From an uncultured bacterium (GTDB lineage: Bacteria > Babelota > Babeliae > Babelales > Vermiphilaceae), in the NCBI GenBank assembly GCA_963702025.1, contig OY969699.1:480001-544000 (forward strand): 64,000 nt of DNA. Reading direction: 5' to 3'. The notes under the pieces are model-generated. The model searched no databases. It was given only the letters and a program-made list of their open reading frames with translations, and had not been told where the DNA came from. The translations under genes and the position numbers were made by a program. Shown piece after piece: positions 8,475 through 18,012 of the stretch. Within the stretch, counting starts at the first letter, position 1, and every line of letters begins with the position of its first letter.

Positions 8475-10271
8475 ATGAATACAGATCGTTCACATATTCG
8501 TAATATCGCTATTATAGCGCACGTTGACCACGGTAAAACTACCTTGGTTGACCAATTACTCAAGCAATCAGGAACCATCAAAGCTGAATCAGCTGAACGG
8601 GTGATGGATTCAAATGATCTTGAGCGTGAGCGTGGTATTACGATTTTGGCCAAAAATACCGGTGTTGCCTATAATGGGTATTCAATTAATATCGTTGATA
8701 CCCCGGGACACAGTGATTTTGGTGGTGAAGTTGAACGAACTCTGCAAATGGTTGAAGGCTTTTTATTATTGGTGGATGCAGCAGAAGGGGTATTGCCCGG
8801 TACGCGATTTGTGTTGCAAAAAGCGCTCGCATTAAATTTAAAGCCAATTGTTTTGATTAATAAAATTGATCGTAAAGATGCTGACATTGAAAGAACGGAG
8901 AGCGCAATCCAAGATCTCTTTTTAGATTTGGCGCTCAATGAAAATCAGCTTGAATTTCCCCATTTATATGGTTCGGGAAGAAGCGGTTATGTATCAACCG
9001 ATTCATCATCACGATCAGGCGACATGACGCCACTTTTTGAAGCGATTATTAAACATGTGCCGGCACCTGTGGCAAAAGCGGATCATTTACAATTTTTAGT
9101 TACCAATTTGGATCACTCTGATTTCTTAGGGCCCATTGCAATCGGCCGTATTTTTAGTGGCTCCATGAAAGTTGGTCAACAGGTTATTTGTTGCAAAGAT
9201 GATAAAGTAAGTTCGCCGATAAAAATTACCAAAATTTATACCTTTGTTGGACTCAATCGTGTTGAAACCGAAACAGTTAGTGTTGGTGACATTGTTGCCA
9301 TTACCGGATTTAATGAACCGGTTTCAATCGGAACCACTATTTGTGATGTTGGTCATCCGTTGCCTCATCCCTATGTGAAGGTTGATGAGCCAACCGTATC
9401 CATTTATTTCTCAGTGAACGATTCTCCCTTTAGCGGTAGAGATGGCACCTTCTTAACATCGCGCCATTTAAAGGATCGTTTGGAAAAAGAGCTCCGCACC
9501 AACGTTGCATTGCGTGTTGAGCCGACGGCCAGCCCCGAATCATTTAAGGTTTCTGGGCGTGGACAATTGCACTTGGGTGTTCTTGTTGAAAATATGCGCC
9601 GCGAAGGATTTGAATTACAACTTTCTGCGCCGGAAGTTATTTACAAAACAATTAATGGCGTAAAAAATGAACCGATTGAATACGTGCTGCTTGATATTCC
9701 ACAAGAATCGCAAGGCGTAGTCATGGAAAATATGGGACGTCGTAAAGCGCAAATGATCGGCATGCATATGTATGATGACGGGCGCATGCGTTTAGAATAC
9801 CATGTTCCGTCCCGTGCATTGCTCGGATTTAGAAGCCAATTCTTAACCGATACACGTGGTAACGGTATTGTAAACTTTAGTTTTCATGGCTATGAACCGT
9901 ATAAAGGTGATATTCAAACACGTAACAAAGGCGCTATCGTTTCTATGGAAGCAGGCAAAGCAACCGGTTTTGCGCTTGATAACCTGCAAGATCGCGGCAC
10001 GCTCTTTATTCGTCCAACCGATGAAGTGTATGAAGGCATGATCATTGGTGAATCGAGCCGTGATGATGATATGGATGTTAATCCGTGCAAAGAGAAGAAA
10101 TTAACCAATATGCGCGCATCAGGTTCTGATGAGGCTATTAAATTGGCCCCGGCAAAAACCATGGATCTTGAAATGTGCATGGAATGGATTCGCCCTGATG
10201 AGCTTATTGAAGTTACGCCGGAACACATTCGTTTGCGCAAGAAAACTTTGCGCGCCGCATTGCGAAAATAA
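8475..10271 (+). CDS. typA: Translational GTPase TypA/BipA
   Basis: IRNIAIIAHVDHGKTT, DTPGHSDFGGEVER, KKLTNMRASGSDE; start placed at MNTDR. Confidence 0.97.
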   Translation: MNTDRSHIRNIAIIAHVDHGKTTLVDQLLKQSGTIKAESAERVMDSNDLERERGITILAKNTGVAYNGYSINIVDTPGHSDFGGEVERTLQMVEGFLLLVDAAEGVLPGTRFVLQKALALNLKPIVLINKIDRKDADIERTESAIQDLFLDLALNENQLEFPHLYGSGRSGYVSTDSSSRSGDMTPLFEAIIKHVPAPVAKADHLQFLVTNLDHSDFLGPIAIGRIFSGSMKVGQQVICCKDDKVSSPIKITKIYTFVGLNRVETETVSVGDIVAITGFNEPVSIGTTICDVGHPLPHPYVKVDEPTVSIYFSVNDSPFSGRDGTFLTSRHLKDRLEKELRTNVALRVEPTASPESFKVSGRGQLHLGVLVENMRREGFELQLSAPEVIYKTINGVKNEPIEYVLLDIPQESQGVVMENMGRRKAQMIGMHMYDDGRMRLEYHVPSRALLGFRSQFLTDTRGNGIVNFSFHGYEPYKGDIQTRNKGAIVSMEAGKATGFALDNLQDRGTLFIRPTDEVYEGMIIGESSRDDDMDVNPCKEKKLTNMRASGSDEAIKLAPAKTMDLEMCMEWIRPDELIEVTPEHIRLRKKTLRAALRK

Positions 10272-10355
10272 TTAAAAAGATTAAATTAGTGCGTTCTCCA
10301 GAGATATTTTGGATTTTGTTAACACAGATGGTGTGAATTAATTCAATATCTAAAT

Positions 10356-10753
10356 CCGTTCGCCTCGATGGAGGCTCCGAAGGAGCCGAATGGAGAGGTA
10401 CAAAAAAGCTATGTTGCAATTTTATGTTTATATTCTTAAGTGTAGTGATGGCTCGTATTATACTGGTCATACCGATGATTTAGAAAAACGAATTGCAGAG
10501 CATAATGCAGGAACTTATATGTGTTATACCGTAACGAGGTTGCCAGTTTTTCTTGTATTTGTACAAGAATTTGCCTCAAGAGCTGAGGCATTAGAAGCGG
10601 AAAGAAAAATAAAAAAATGGGGAAAGAGAAAAAAAGATGCTTTGGTATATAAAGGGTGGGATGGAATCATTGCATTACGCAAAAGAAAATGAACCTCTCC
10701 ATTCGCTCTTTTCTCTCGCTGCGCTCGCTCAAGAGCTCCATCGAGGCGAACGG
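10356..10753. mobile_element. GIY-YIG nuclease cassette flanked by inverted REP-like repeats
   Basis: Inverted repeats at 10356-10399 and 10693-10753 share exact 18-nt and 13-nt arms; the whole cassette lies between direct copies of the typA 3' end. Confidence 0.7.
10411..10692 (+). CDS. Small GIY-YIG nuclease (UPF0213/YhbQ-like)
   Basis: FYVYILKCSDGSYYTGHTDDLEKRIAEHN...AERKIKKW...K. Confidence 0.9.
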   Translation: MLQFYVYILKCSDGSYYTGHTDDLEKRIAEHNAGTYMCYTVTRLPVFLVFVQEFASRAEALEAERKIKKWGKRKKDALVYKGWDGIIALRKRK

Positions 10754-10761
10754 GGGAATGG

Positions 10762-10809
10762 CATATTCGTTTACGCAAGAAAATTTTGCGCGCTGCATTG
10801 CGAAAATAA
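10762..10809 (+). repeat. Duplicate of the last 48 nt of typA
   Basis: 44/48 identical to 10224-10271. Confidence 0.9.
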
Positions 10810-10854
10810 AAATATAAGAGTTTAATAAAAATAATATGAGAAGGAACTTTTCTT

Positions 10855-11307
10855 ATGAAGTTACGATATATTATTAGTATAACTTTTTTAACACTAGCAG
10901 CCTCGAGTTTTTTAGTTATTAACAATTGTAATAGCACGACACAATCTGATTCTTATGCGCAAGCTCATTGCGTTTTTTGCAAGATTGTTGCCGGGCAAGA
11001 GCCGGCAAAAGTTATTGCGGAAAATGAGGATGTTTTGGTATTTCAATCTATTGCGCCCCGTTATCCTTCTCATTGGCTCATAATTCCTAAAAAGCATATT
11101 AAAGATCTTAAGTCTGCTCAACCGGATGATACTTTGGTGCTGGGGAAATTATTAAAAGCTGCCGGTGATTTGGGTAAGCAATTACAAGAACCAAAGGCAT
11201 TTAATATTCAAATTAACGAGGGTGCGCAAGCCGGCCAGACGGTATTTCATCTGCATCTTCATTTTCATTCACAAAGCAAATTAGCAACAAATAATCCAAA
11301 AATTTGA
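10855..11307 (+). CDS. HIT-family (HinT-like) nucleotide hydrolase with N-terminal signal/anchor
   Basis: CVFCKI, AGQTVFHLHLH. Confidence 0.9.
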   Translation: MKLRYIISITFLTLAASSFLVINNCNSTTQSDSYAQAHCVFCKIVAGQEPAKVIAENEDVLVFQSIAPRYPSHWLIIPKKHIKDLKSAQPDDTLVLGKLLKAAGDLGKQLQEPKAFNIQINEGAQAGQTVFHLHLHFHSQSKLATNNPKI

Positions 11308-11317
11308 AAGGTTTGGC

Positions 11318-11572
11318 ATGAATATGCGTAATTATGCACTCGCATTTAGTCTTTTGCTATTTCTTACGCCACAATCTGCTCTTAAAGCAGATCATCTTGA
11401 TCACTATTCCCATGCGCAATTAAAAGAAATTATTGAATTGCAGCGTTATGAAATCAAACAACTTAAAGACCAACTATTCTGGAACAAATATAAACATCGT
11501 ACGCAAGGAATTGGTTTTGGCGCATGCGCAGTAATTGGCGGCTATTATTTGAATAAGTTTTTCTTTAAATAA
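11318..11572 (+). CDS. Small secreted coiled-coil protein with C-terminal hydrophobic segment
   Basis: Signal peptide; operon spacing. Confidence 0.65.
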   Translation: MNMRNYALAFSLLLFLTPQSALKADHLDHYSHAQLKEIIELQRYEIKQLKDQLFWNKYKHRTQGIGFGACAVIGGYYLNKFFFK

Positions 11573-11594
11573 ATATTAATAAAGGGAGAAGATA

Positions 11595-11825
11595 ATGAAG
11601 CGTGTGATCATTGTGATGATTGGTTTTTTGTGTGCGCCGGTAGCATCTGCCTATCACAATTTTTCTAAAGAAGAACTTGTTGAGATGGTGGGCATTCTTT
11701 TGCAACAAAATACCAAACTAAAAAATGAACTAAAAAAAGCCAAGGTTGAATTAAACGAAGAACATGCAATTAATCGGTTGGAAAAAGAATTGCAAAAATT
11801 TAATAGAGATATTGATCTGAAATAA
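11595..11825 (+). CDS. Small secreted coiled-coil protein, weakly similar to the upstream ORF
   Basis: Signal peptide; GGGAG SD. Confidence 0.65.
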   Translation: MKRVIIVMIGFLCAPVASAYHNFSKEELVEMVGILLQQNTKLKNELKKAKVELNEEHAINRLEKELQKFNRDIDLK

Positions 11826-11828
11826 AAC

Positions 11829-12587
11829 GTGAAGAAATATAAAATTATAATCTCCTACGATGGCACCGATTATTTTGGGTGGCAGGTGCAAGCCGATAAA
11901 GTAACTATTGCCGGCACCTTGCAAGACAGCTTTAAATCTGTTTTTGGCAAGAATATTATCATTGCCGGTGCTTCGCGTACCGATGCAGGTGTGCATGCGC
12001 TCGGACAAACTGCCACCTTTAGTGTTGATTTAACCATTACTGCCCAGCAACTTCTTTTTGCCTGGCAAAATGTGCTCCCTGAATCCATCCTCATTGGCGA
12101 CATACAAGAAATACCGCTTGATTGGAACCCGCGCCACAATGTGCGCCAAAAAACATATAAATACCATTTTTTTACTAATCGCCCGTTGCCTTTTATTGCG
12201 CGCTATGGCTGGCATTATCGGCATCCGATTGACCAAGAGAAATTAAAAGCATGCTTTGCCGTTTTTATTGGCACCCATGATTTTAGATCTTTTTGTACCG
12301 GCGATGAATACGAAAATACGGTGCGCACGATCGATGAAATTTTTCTAGAATATGATGCAGCATGGCAGACATATGTGATCGTGGTAAAAGGGCCGGGGTT
12401 TTTGCGCTATATGATTCGTAGAATTGTTGGCGCTTGCTTAGAGGCTGCATCTCGTGATACAGTAACCATCGATGATTTACAAAAAGCGCTCGACCAAAAG
12501 AATCCGTTGCAATTATTGCCAACGGCACCGGCACAAGGATTAGTGTTGTATCAGATTGACTATTTTAAAGAAGAAAATGCATCATGA
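11829..12587 (+). CDS. truA: tRNA pseudouridine(38-40) synthase
   Basis: YDGTDYFGWQ, SRTDAGVHA, GTHDFRSF, FLRYMIR. Confidence 0.95.
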   Translation: MKKYKIIISYDGTDYFGWQVQADKVTIAGTLQDSFKSVFGKNIIIAGASRTDAGVHALGQTATFSVDLTITAQQLLFAWQNVLPESILIGDIQEIPLDWNPRHNVRQKTYKYHFFTNRPLPFIARYGWHYRHPIDQEKLKACFAVFIGTHDFRSFCTGDEYENTVRTIDEIFLEYDAAWQTYVIVVKGPGFLRYMIRRIVGACLEAASRDTVTIDDLQKALDQKNPLQLLPTAPAQGLVLYQIDYFKEENAS

Positions 12588-13141
12588 GAAAAAAAATTAT
12601 TAAAGCCGCGGCGGTTATTATTGGATTATCAACAGCAGCAGCTGTTATCTATTATCATTTGCCACAACCGGCAAATCAGTTTACCAATGACAAAGTATTG
12701 GTTTTTGATGACAAACGGGACACGCAGGCAATTTTGAACATTTTTAAAGATGATTGGTATTGGCTGGTTTCCAGTGATGATTATTCACCGGAATTTATGC
12801 TCAAAAACCGAGCCCCCAATAAAGATCCGCGCTATTTTGGTAAACTCAATATTCGCGTTTTATACGATCAAGATAATTTTGTTGGCTTTATTTGCTATTA
12901 CATGAAAAACTTTTTTATAGGCCAAATTTTATTTATTGACGTCAAAAAAGAGTTTCGGGGCAAAGGATTTGCTCAGCATTTGATGAAATATGCGATTGCC
13001 GACCTTAAAAAGCAAGGTGCTACGATGATCACTTTGGTCACCCGCACCAGTAATCTTGACGCGCAACGGGTCTATAAGAAACTTGGCTTTACAACGATGC
13101 TCGAAGAAGATGGATTCGTTTACTTTGAATTGCGGCCGTGA
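12584..13141 (+). CDS. GNAT acetyltransferase with N-terminal membrane anchor
   Basis: FRGKGFA, N..AQRVYKKLGF. Confidence 0.85.
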   Translation: MRKKIIKAAAVIIGLSTAAAVIYYHLPQPANQFTNDKVLVFDDKRDTQAILNIFKDDWYWLVSSDDYSPEFMLKNRAPNKDPRYFGKLNIRVLYDQDNFVGFICYYMKNFFIGQILFIDVKKEFRGKGFAQHLMKYAIADLKKQGATMITLVTRTSNLDAQRVYKKLGFTTMLEEDGFVYFELRP

Positions 13142-13340
13142 TTATTCTGCAGTGAGGCACGCAAGTCCCTTTATTTTTGAATGTTTAAACGCAACAACAA
13201 AGATAAGCAGTGAAAGAATTGCGTAGGTAATGCTCATTATTTAGCCAATACCAATTGATGATGCGTCAAATATGCTGGTGGTTACATATGTTCGCAATGC
13301 GCTCATAATATAGGTCATGGCAATACAGTTAGGCGATATA
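13142..13340 (-). pseudogene. Degraded C-terminal remnant of a membrane protein (ABC-2 permease-like)
   Basis: Manual translation MTYIMSALRTYVTTSIFDASSIGIG*IMSITYAILSLLIFVVAFKHSKIKGLACLTAE* with an internal stop. Confidence 0.4.
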
Positions 13341-13346
13341 AATAAA

Positions 13347-13372
13347 GAAGGGAAGGCAGATGCCTTCCCTTC
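13347..13372 (-). terminator. Terminator hairpin of the fibre gene
   Basis: GAAGGGAAGGCA/TGCCTTCCCTTC perfect stem. Confidence 0.7.
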
Positions 13373-13393
13373 GGTTAAAAGTTAATTACTAAT

Positions 13394-16300
13394 TTATCGT
13401 GCCATTTTTTCCAATACTCTCATAACCTTAGCCATTTTTTGCTCACATTCTTGTAAGCGCATTTCTTGGCTTTGGATTTGTTTGATTAAGACTGGAATGA
13501 AGGCCGTATAATCGACTGTTACTATTTCTCCCTTGCTATCCAAGCAGATCATCTCAGGATATACAGGAGCCACTTCTTCAGCAATCAAGCCGCAACGGGT
13601 TGCTTCGGTTTGATCATTGATATATTTGAAGGTGACCGGACGGAGCTCCATGAGTTTTTCAGCTTGACATGGCATTGGTTCAATATCTTTTTTCAAGCGA
13701 CGAGAAGAGTAACATATACCAAGTTGATTCGTCGCAGGATCTATGTACACAGCCGCTTGGTGCGCAATTTGTGCATTGCCTATACCGGCGATATAGCAAG
13801 CATTTTGGACGCAAGTAGATACATCTGGAAATTGGCAAGGTCCTGTGCAGTAGGTTGATCCGATTCTTATGGTGCGTGCTTCGCCCGCTACTCCCGGATC
13901 GCCAATATAGATATTCTCAGATTCACCGGCAGTAAGATTAAAACCGGCCAGATATCCTATAAGGATGTTACTGGTACCAGTAGTTAATGAAATTCCTGCG
14001 GTAGAACCTACTACCGTATTTTGGCCTGCGGCTCCTCCAAGGCGGTTAAAATTTTGCAATGCCCCATGGCCCACGGCAACGTTATCAGGGCTAACAGTGA
14101 GGCTGTTCAGTGCAAAGTCACCAATAGCGGTATTATTAAAGCCGGTTGTGCACTTTAAGAGCGCTTGATAACCAAATGCTTGGTTGGCAGTGGCTCCATT
14201 GGCTGCGGCCAGTGCTTGATAGCCAACTGCAGTTTGAGCTGTTCCGGTGGTTTCGCTGCTCAGCGCGCTCCATCCTACTGCCACGTTGCCGGTTCCGGTA
14301 GTGAGGTCCGAAGCCGCGTAAGCACCTACTGCGGTGTTTTCGCCGGCTGTGCTGGTTGCCAGAGCAGCGTATCCTACGGCTACGCTTCCAATTCCTACTG
14401 TATTAAGAGAGAGAGCGGTAGTACCGAGTGCGGTATTGTTACTGCCGGTGGTGTTAGAAAGAAGTGCGCTTTGGCCAAATGCAATGTTATTATCACCCGT
14501 TGTATTTGCGGCAAGTGATGAGACGCCCACTGCGCTATTGTAAGTTCCGGAAGAGTTTAAGGCTAATGAACTGTATCCTACTGCGGTATTATTATCACCC
14601 GAGGTGTTGGATGCTAACGCAAAGGCTCCCACGGCAACAAGAGATGTTCCGCTGGTATTGAGTAATCCGGCTTCATAACCAAGTGCGGTGTTACCGGAGG
14701 TTGCTGAAGCGGCTGATAATGCCTGGAATCCGACTGCGGTGTTGAAGCTGCCGGTGTTTGCGCCGAGTGCGCTTAGCCCAACTGCTACATTTTCTATTCC
14801 TGTTGTGTTGGCAGCAAGCGAACCTACCCCGACCGCTACATTGTCTGTTCCTGTTGTGTTGGCAGCATTAGCGCCTGATCCTACGGCAGTATTATTAGCC
14901 CCACTTGTATTCGCCAAGAGAGCATTGTATCCAAGTGCGGAATTATTAACACCAATCGTATTCGCTGCTAATGCAGTGTACCCAACTGCTGTGTTATTTG
15001 AGCCAGTAGTATTGTTTAATAATGCTGAGGTTCCTATTGCGGTAATAGCTGTTCCGGTTGTATTAGTACCTGCTGCTTGATAGCCGAATGCAGTGTTAGA
15101 GTCAACGGTGTTTGCAGTAAGGGCTCCATATCCACCGGCGGTGTTAAAGCTTCCGCCGCTGTTATCCAGGAGTGCATACATACCGATTGCGGTGTTTTCA
15201 AAACCTGTTGTATTGCGAGCAAGGGCACTGTAGCCAACGGCAGTATTGTCTGCAGAGGTATTTGCTGCTAATGCTGCACTACCCACAGCGGTATTGGCCC
15301 CGCCGTTACTTGCAGCTAACGCAAAGTTACCAACAGCGGTATTATCATTAGCGGTACCGTTTGCTGCGCCGGCATTTACGCCAACGGCGGTGTTACGGGT
15401 ACCTAAAGTGTTTCCCGTCAAGGCTTGCAATCCGACGGCAGTGTTATTATCGGCAGTACTAGTAGCAAGAGCGAGCGCGCCGATTGCCGTGTTATTTGAA
15501 TTGGCTACGTTTGCATTAAGAGCGCTGTAACCCACTGCTGTATTATGAAGACCTGGATCGGTATTTTCAGCCGCCAAAGAGCCAACTGCTACGTTGAATG
15601 ATGCTGTGGTGCCCGCAGCGTTCAAGGCTAAATAACCTACTGCGGTGTTATCGGTGCCCGATACGTTTGATCCGCCTGCGCCGTTACCCACCCATGTATT
15701 ATCTGAACCATTTGCTACCAATCCGCTACCAAATCCAACTTGTAAGTTAGTGCCGGCTGCATCAAGAACACGGATACAGGTAATCTCATAATCACCGTTA
15801 GTATTTATACCGGTTCCACATACGGTTAAGAAACCGCCGATGCTTACACCACCTCCAACAACCAATGCTCCTGTTGCGCATCCGGTTGGACTACAAATTG
15901 CAGGAAGCGTGGAAGGAATAATTAACGGTCCGGAAAAGCTTATGCCACCGCTTGCGCTGATACTGCCACAAACATTCAAGTTGCCACCAACACCGGCGCC
16001 GCCAGCTACAACCAATGCGCCGTTTGTGCAACCGGTACTTTGTGTGGTGCTACAAACGTTTAAGTTGCTGCCAATTGACGCGCCGCCATTTACTACTAAG
16101 GCGCCATTTCCACAGCCGGTGCTTGGAGCAGTACTGCAAACATTAAGATTTCCGCCGATTGCTGCGCCGCCATTTACCACTAAGGCACCGTTTGTGCAAC
16201 TGGTACTAGGAGCAGCACTGCAAATGTATGCCGTTTGAGCGCTTAACGGACCGCCAATATTAGCAGCGCCCGTTACGCAAATGTTACAAAAATTGGCATT

Positions 16301-16666
16301 TCCCACACCGGCGCATGGAACGCAAAAGACTCTTTTTTGATCATCTTGGAGAATCATAACCGGTGATTCTGAGTTTAATAATTCATGCAATTCATCAAGA
16401 ACTTCTGAGGACATGCTGATTGGTTGTTGTTCTTCTAGAATTGGAGCCGGCGCCTGTGCTTGCGCGGCTGCTTTGGCTAAAGCCTCTTGTTGTTCTATAT
16501 AGCCCACCAATTGCTCAAGGTTGGTGCCCACCGGCAAATGCTCGGAAATGGGAATTGCTAAAACCGGTTTTGGCTTAGCTTTATTAGATGAAGAGGGCTT
16601 TGCTTGTATCATCGGACAACCGATAATAAGCAAAAGACAATAAAGATTAGACATACGTAACTTCAC
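13394..16666 (-). CDS. Large secreted trimeric fibre/adhesin with NTAVGxxAL repeats and C-terminal intramolecular chaperone (peptidase S74) domain
   Basis: Signal peptide; Cys-containing GALVVNGG repeats; dozens of 14-aa repeats; SSRRLKKDI...LRPVTFKY...GLIAEEV then a coiled coil. Confidence 0.85.
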   Translation of the reverse strand: MKLRMSNLYCLLLIIGCPMIQAKPSSSNKAKPKPVLAIPISEHLPVGTNLEQLVGYIEQQEALAKAAAQAQAPAPILEEQQPISMSSEVLDELHELLNSESPVMILQDDQKRVFCVPCAGVGNANFCNICVTGAANIGGPLSAQTAYICSAAPSTSCTNGALVVNGGAAIGGNLNVCSTAPSTGCGNGALVVNGGASIGSNLNVCSTTQSTGCTNGALVVAGGAGVGGNLNVCGSISASGGISFSGPLIIPSTLPAICSPTGCATGALVVGGGVSIGGFLTVCGTGINTNGDYEITCIRVLDAAGTNLQVGFGSGLVANGSDNTWVGNGAGGSNVSGTDNTAVGYLALNAAGTTASFNVAVGSLAAENTDPGLHNTAVGYSALNANVANSNNTAIGALALATSTADNNTAVGLQALTGNTLGTRNTAVGVNAGAANGTANDNTAVGNFALAASNGGANTAVGSAALAANTSADNTAVGYSALARNTTGFENTAIGMYALLDNSGGSFNTAGGYGALTANTVDSNTAFGYQAAGTNTTGTAITAIGTSALLNNTTGSNNTAVGYTALAANTIGVNNSALGYNALLANTSGANNTAVGSGANAANTTGTDNVAVGVGSLAANTTGIENVAVGLSALGANTGSFNTAVGFQALSAASATSGNTALGYEAGLLNTSGTSLVAVGAFALASNTSGDNNTAVGYSSLALNSSGTYNSAVGVSSLAANTTGDNNIAFGQSALLSNTTGSNNTALGTTALSLNTVGIGSVAVGYAALATSTAGENTAVGAYAASDLTTGTGNVAVGWSALSSETTGTAQTAVGYQALAAANGATANQAFGYQALLKCTTGFNNTAIGDFALNSLTVSPDNVAVGHGALQNFNRLGGAAGQNTVVGSTAGISLTTGTSNILIGYLAGFNLTAGESENIYIGDPGVAGEARTIRIGSTYCTGPCQFPDVSTCVQNACYIAGIGNAQIAHQAAVYIDPATNQLGICYSSRRLKKDIEPMPCQAEKLMELRPVTFKYINDQTEATRCGLIAEEVAPVYPEMICLDSKGEIVTVDYTAFIPVLIKQIQSQEMRLQECEQKMAKVMRVLEKMAR

Positions 16667-16860
16667 AAGAACTCCTTTGATAAAAAGTTATACGATGCTA
16701 AAAATAACATTAGAAATTTTGTAAACAAAAAACAAGGTTTTTTTTACGTGCTATTTTAATAATAAAGGAGGGGGCAGGCGCAAACCCTTTTAAATAAAAG
16801 TTTTATCTTGTTTTTTCTTACTGTAGAAAAATTTAAGTTGAATAAGCAAGAGTTGTAGTT

Positions 16861-17826
16861 TCATTCTCTAACTATTAAAGATTCGCCATCAATGATGAGA
16901 CTAATTTCATCTATGATTGTTGCATTATCCTTAACCGTGCCATGGTGCGGCACTATCTCTATCCTATAATTGCCCAGTTTGGATGCAATAAAAGAAAAAT
17001 TGGAGTGGGTACGGATCAAACAATCAAAGTGTGTTAATGCAAAAAAATCATCCAAAACATAGAGAAAATCATAATTTTTTGTTGTGCGACAATCAAAAAC
17101 CATTCTTTCACACGCAACCGCTTGCCGGTATTTTTCTGCCAGTTGGGCAGGGTTACAATGATCGGTAAAAAGGTGTACATAAATTGCTTGATCTGGGAAC
17201 AGTGTTGATATTCTTTTTAGTTGATTAATATAAAACGAATCGGGTGCGAATAATAATGGATGTGCCGCAGTAAGCTTTTCCGGTGTCGTGCGACTATTGG
17301 GGACGTCCCAACTAGTTCCTTTGCGTACATGAACCGCTACTGTCAAATAGTTTTCGGGTAATTGAGGGAGATTTAATGGGGCTATGGGAGCAATCATTTT
17401 TTGCAAAAGAGATTTAAATGTCGGGTTTGTCCAATCAATGGTAAATAAATAAGGGAATTTTGTATTGCTGAAATCTACCATTGATTCGGGGAAATAAGGA
17501 ATTACATATAAATAACCGGCATAAGGATCAATAATACAATTGGGTGTGTATATAATAACTTTTTCAAACGTTCTTTCTAATTCAAGATCATAGGGAATTT
17601 CCAAAAGATGCATCATGAGTTGCTCGGAATAGCCAAATCGCTTATAAAGCAACGGAATATTATAGATATAAGAAATCCATTTTGCATGACAATAAGCAAG
17701 AAGATTATCTCCAAATCTTCCACCACTAAAAGTATAGGTGACGGCGCTGGGGATCCCGGATGAATCCGACACAAAAAACAGGCAAGTTATAATAATGATA
17801 ATAAATTCTTTTTTGTTACTTTTCAT
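16861..17826 (-). CDS. GT11-like (alpha-1,2-fucosyltransferase-like) glycosyltransferase with signal/anchor
   Basis: GGRFGDNL, VAVHVRKG, SNFS motifs. Confidence 0.7.
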   Translation of the reverse strand: MKSNKKEFIIIIITCLFFVSDSSGIPSAVTYTFSGGRFGDNLLAYCHAKWISYIYNIPLLYKRFGYSEQLMMHLLEIPYDLELERTFEKVIIYTPNCIIDPYAGYLYVIPYFPESMVDFSNTKFPYLFTIDWTNPTFKSLLQKMIAPIAPLNLPQLPENYLTVAVHVRKGTSWDVPNSRTTPEKLTAAHPLLFAPDSFYINQLKRISTLFPDQAIYVHLFTDHCNPAQLAEKYRQAVACERMVFDCRTTKNYDFLYVLDDFFALTHFDCLIRTHSNFSFIASKLGNYRIEIVPHHGTVKDNATIIDEISLIIDGESLIVRE

Positions 17827-17934
17827 GAATAATTCTCTTCCTTTTTTTGACTATATTTCGAATATACAGAAAAAAATGATATTGTCATTTTGATTAAGCA
17901 AAAATGAACCAATAAAAAAGGAGTTCGCCAGAAA

Positions 17935-17978
17935 CCGTTCGTGGTGAGTGCTGCGCGAAGCGCAGTGTATCGAACCAT
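17935..17978 (+). repeat. REP-like palindromic repeat
   Basis: CCGTTCGTGGTGAGTG-CTGCGC GAA GCGCAG-TGTATCGAACCAT. Confidence 0.85.
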
Positions 17979-18012
17979 TTTTTAAAAAGGCGAATAAGTT
18001 GATAGGAGAAGG

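Noticed and set aside
13610..16238. Plus-strand ORFs opposite the fibre gene
   Set aside because: Antisense shadows of a repetitive low-complexity gene.
6712..16666. Prophage (CI-like repressor plus tail-fibre-like gene)
   Set aside because: The interval is filled with ribosomal and core genes; no integrase, capsid or terminase.
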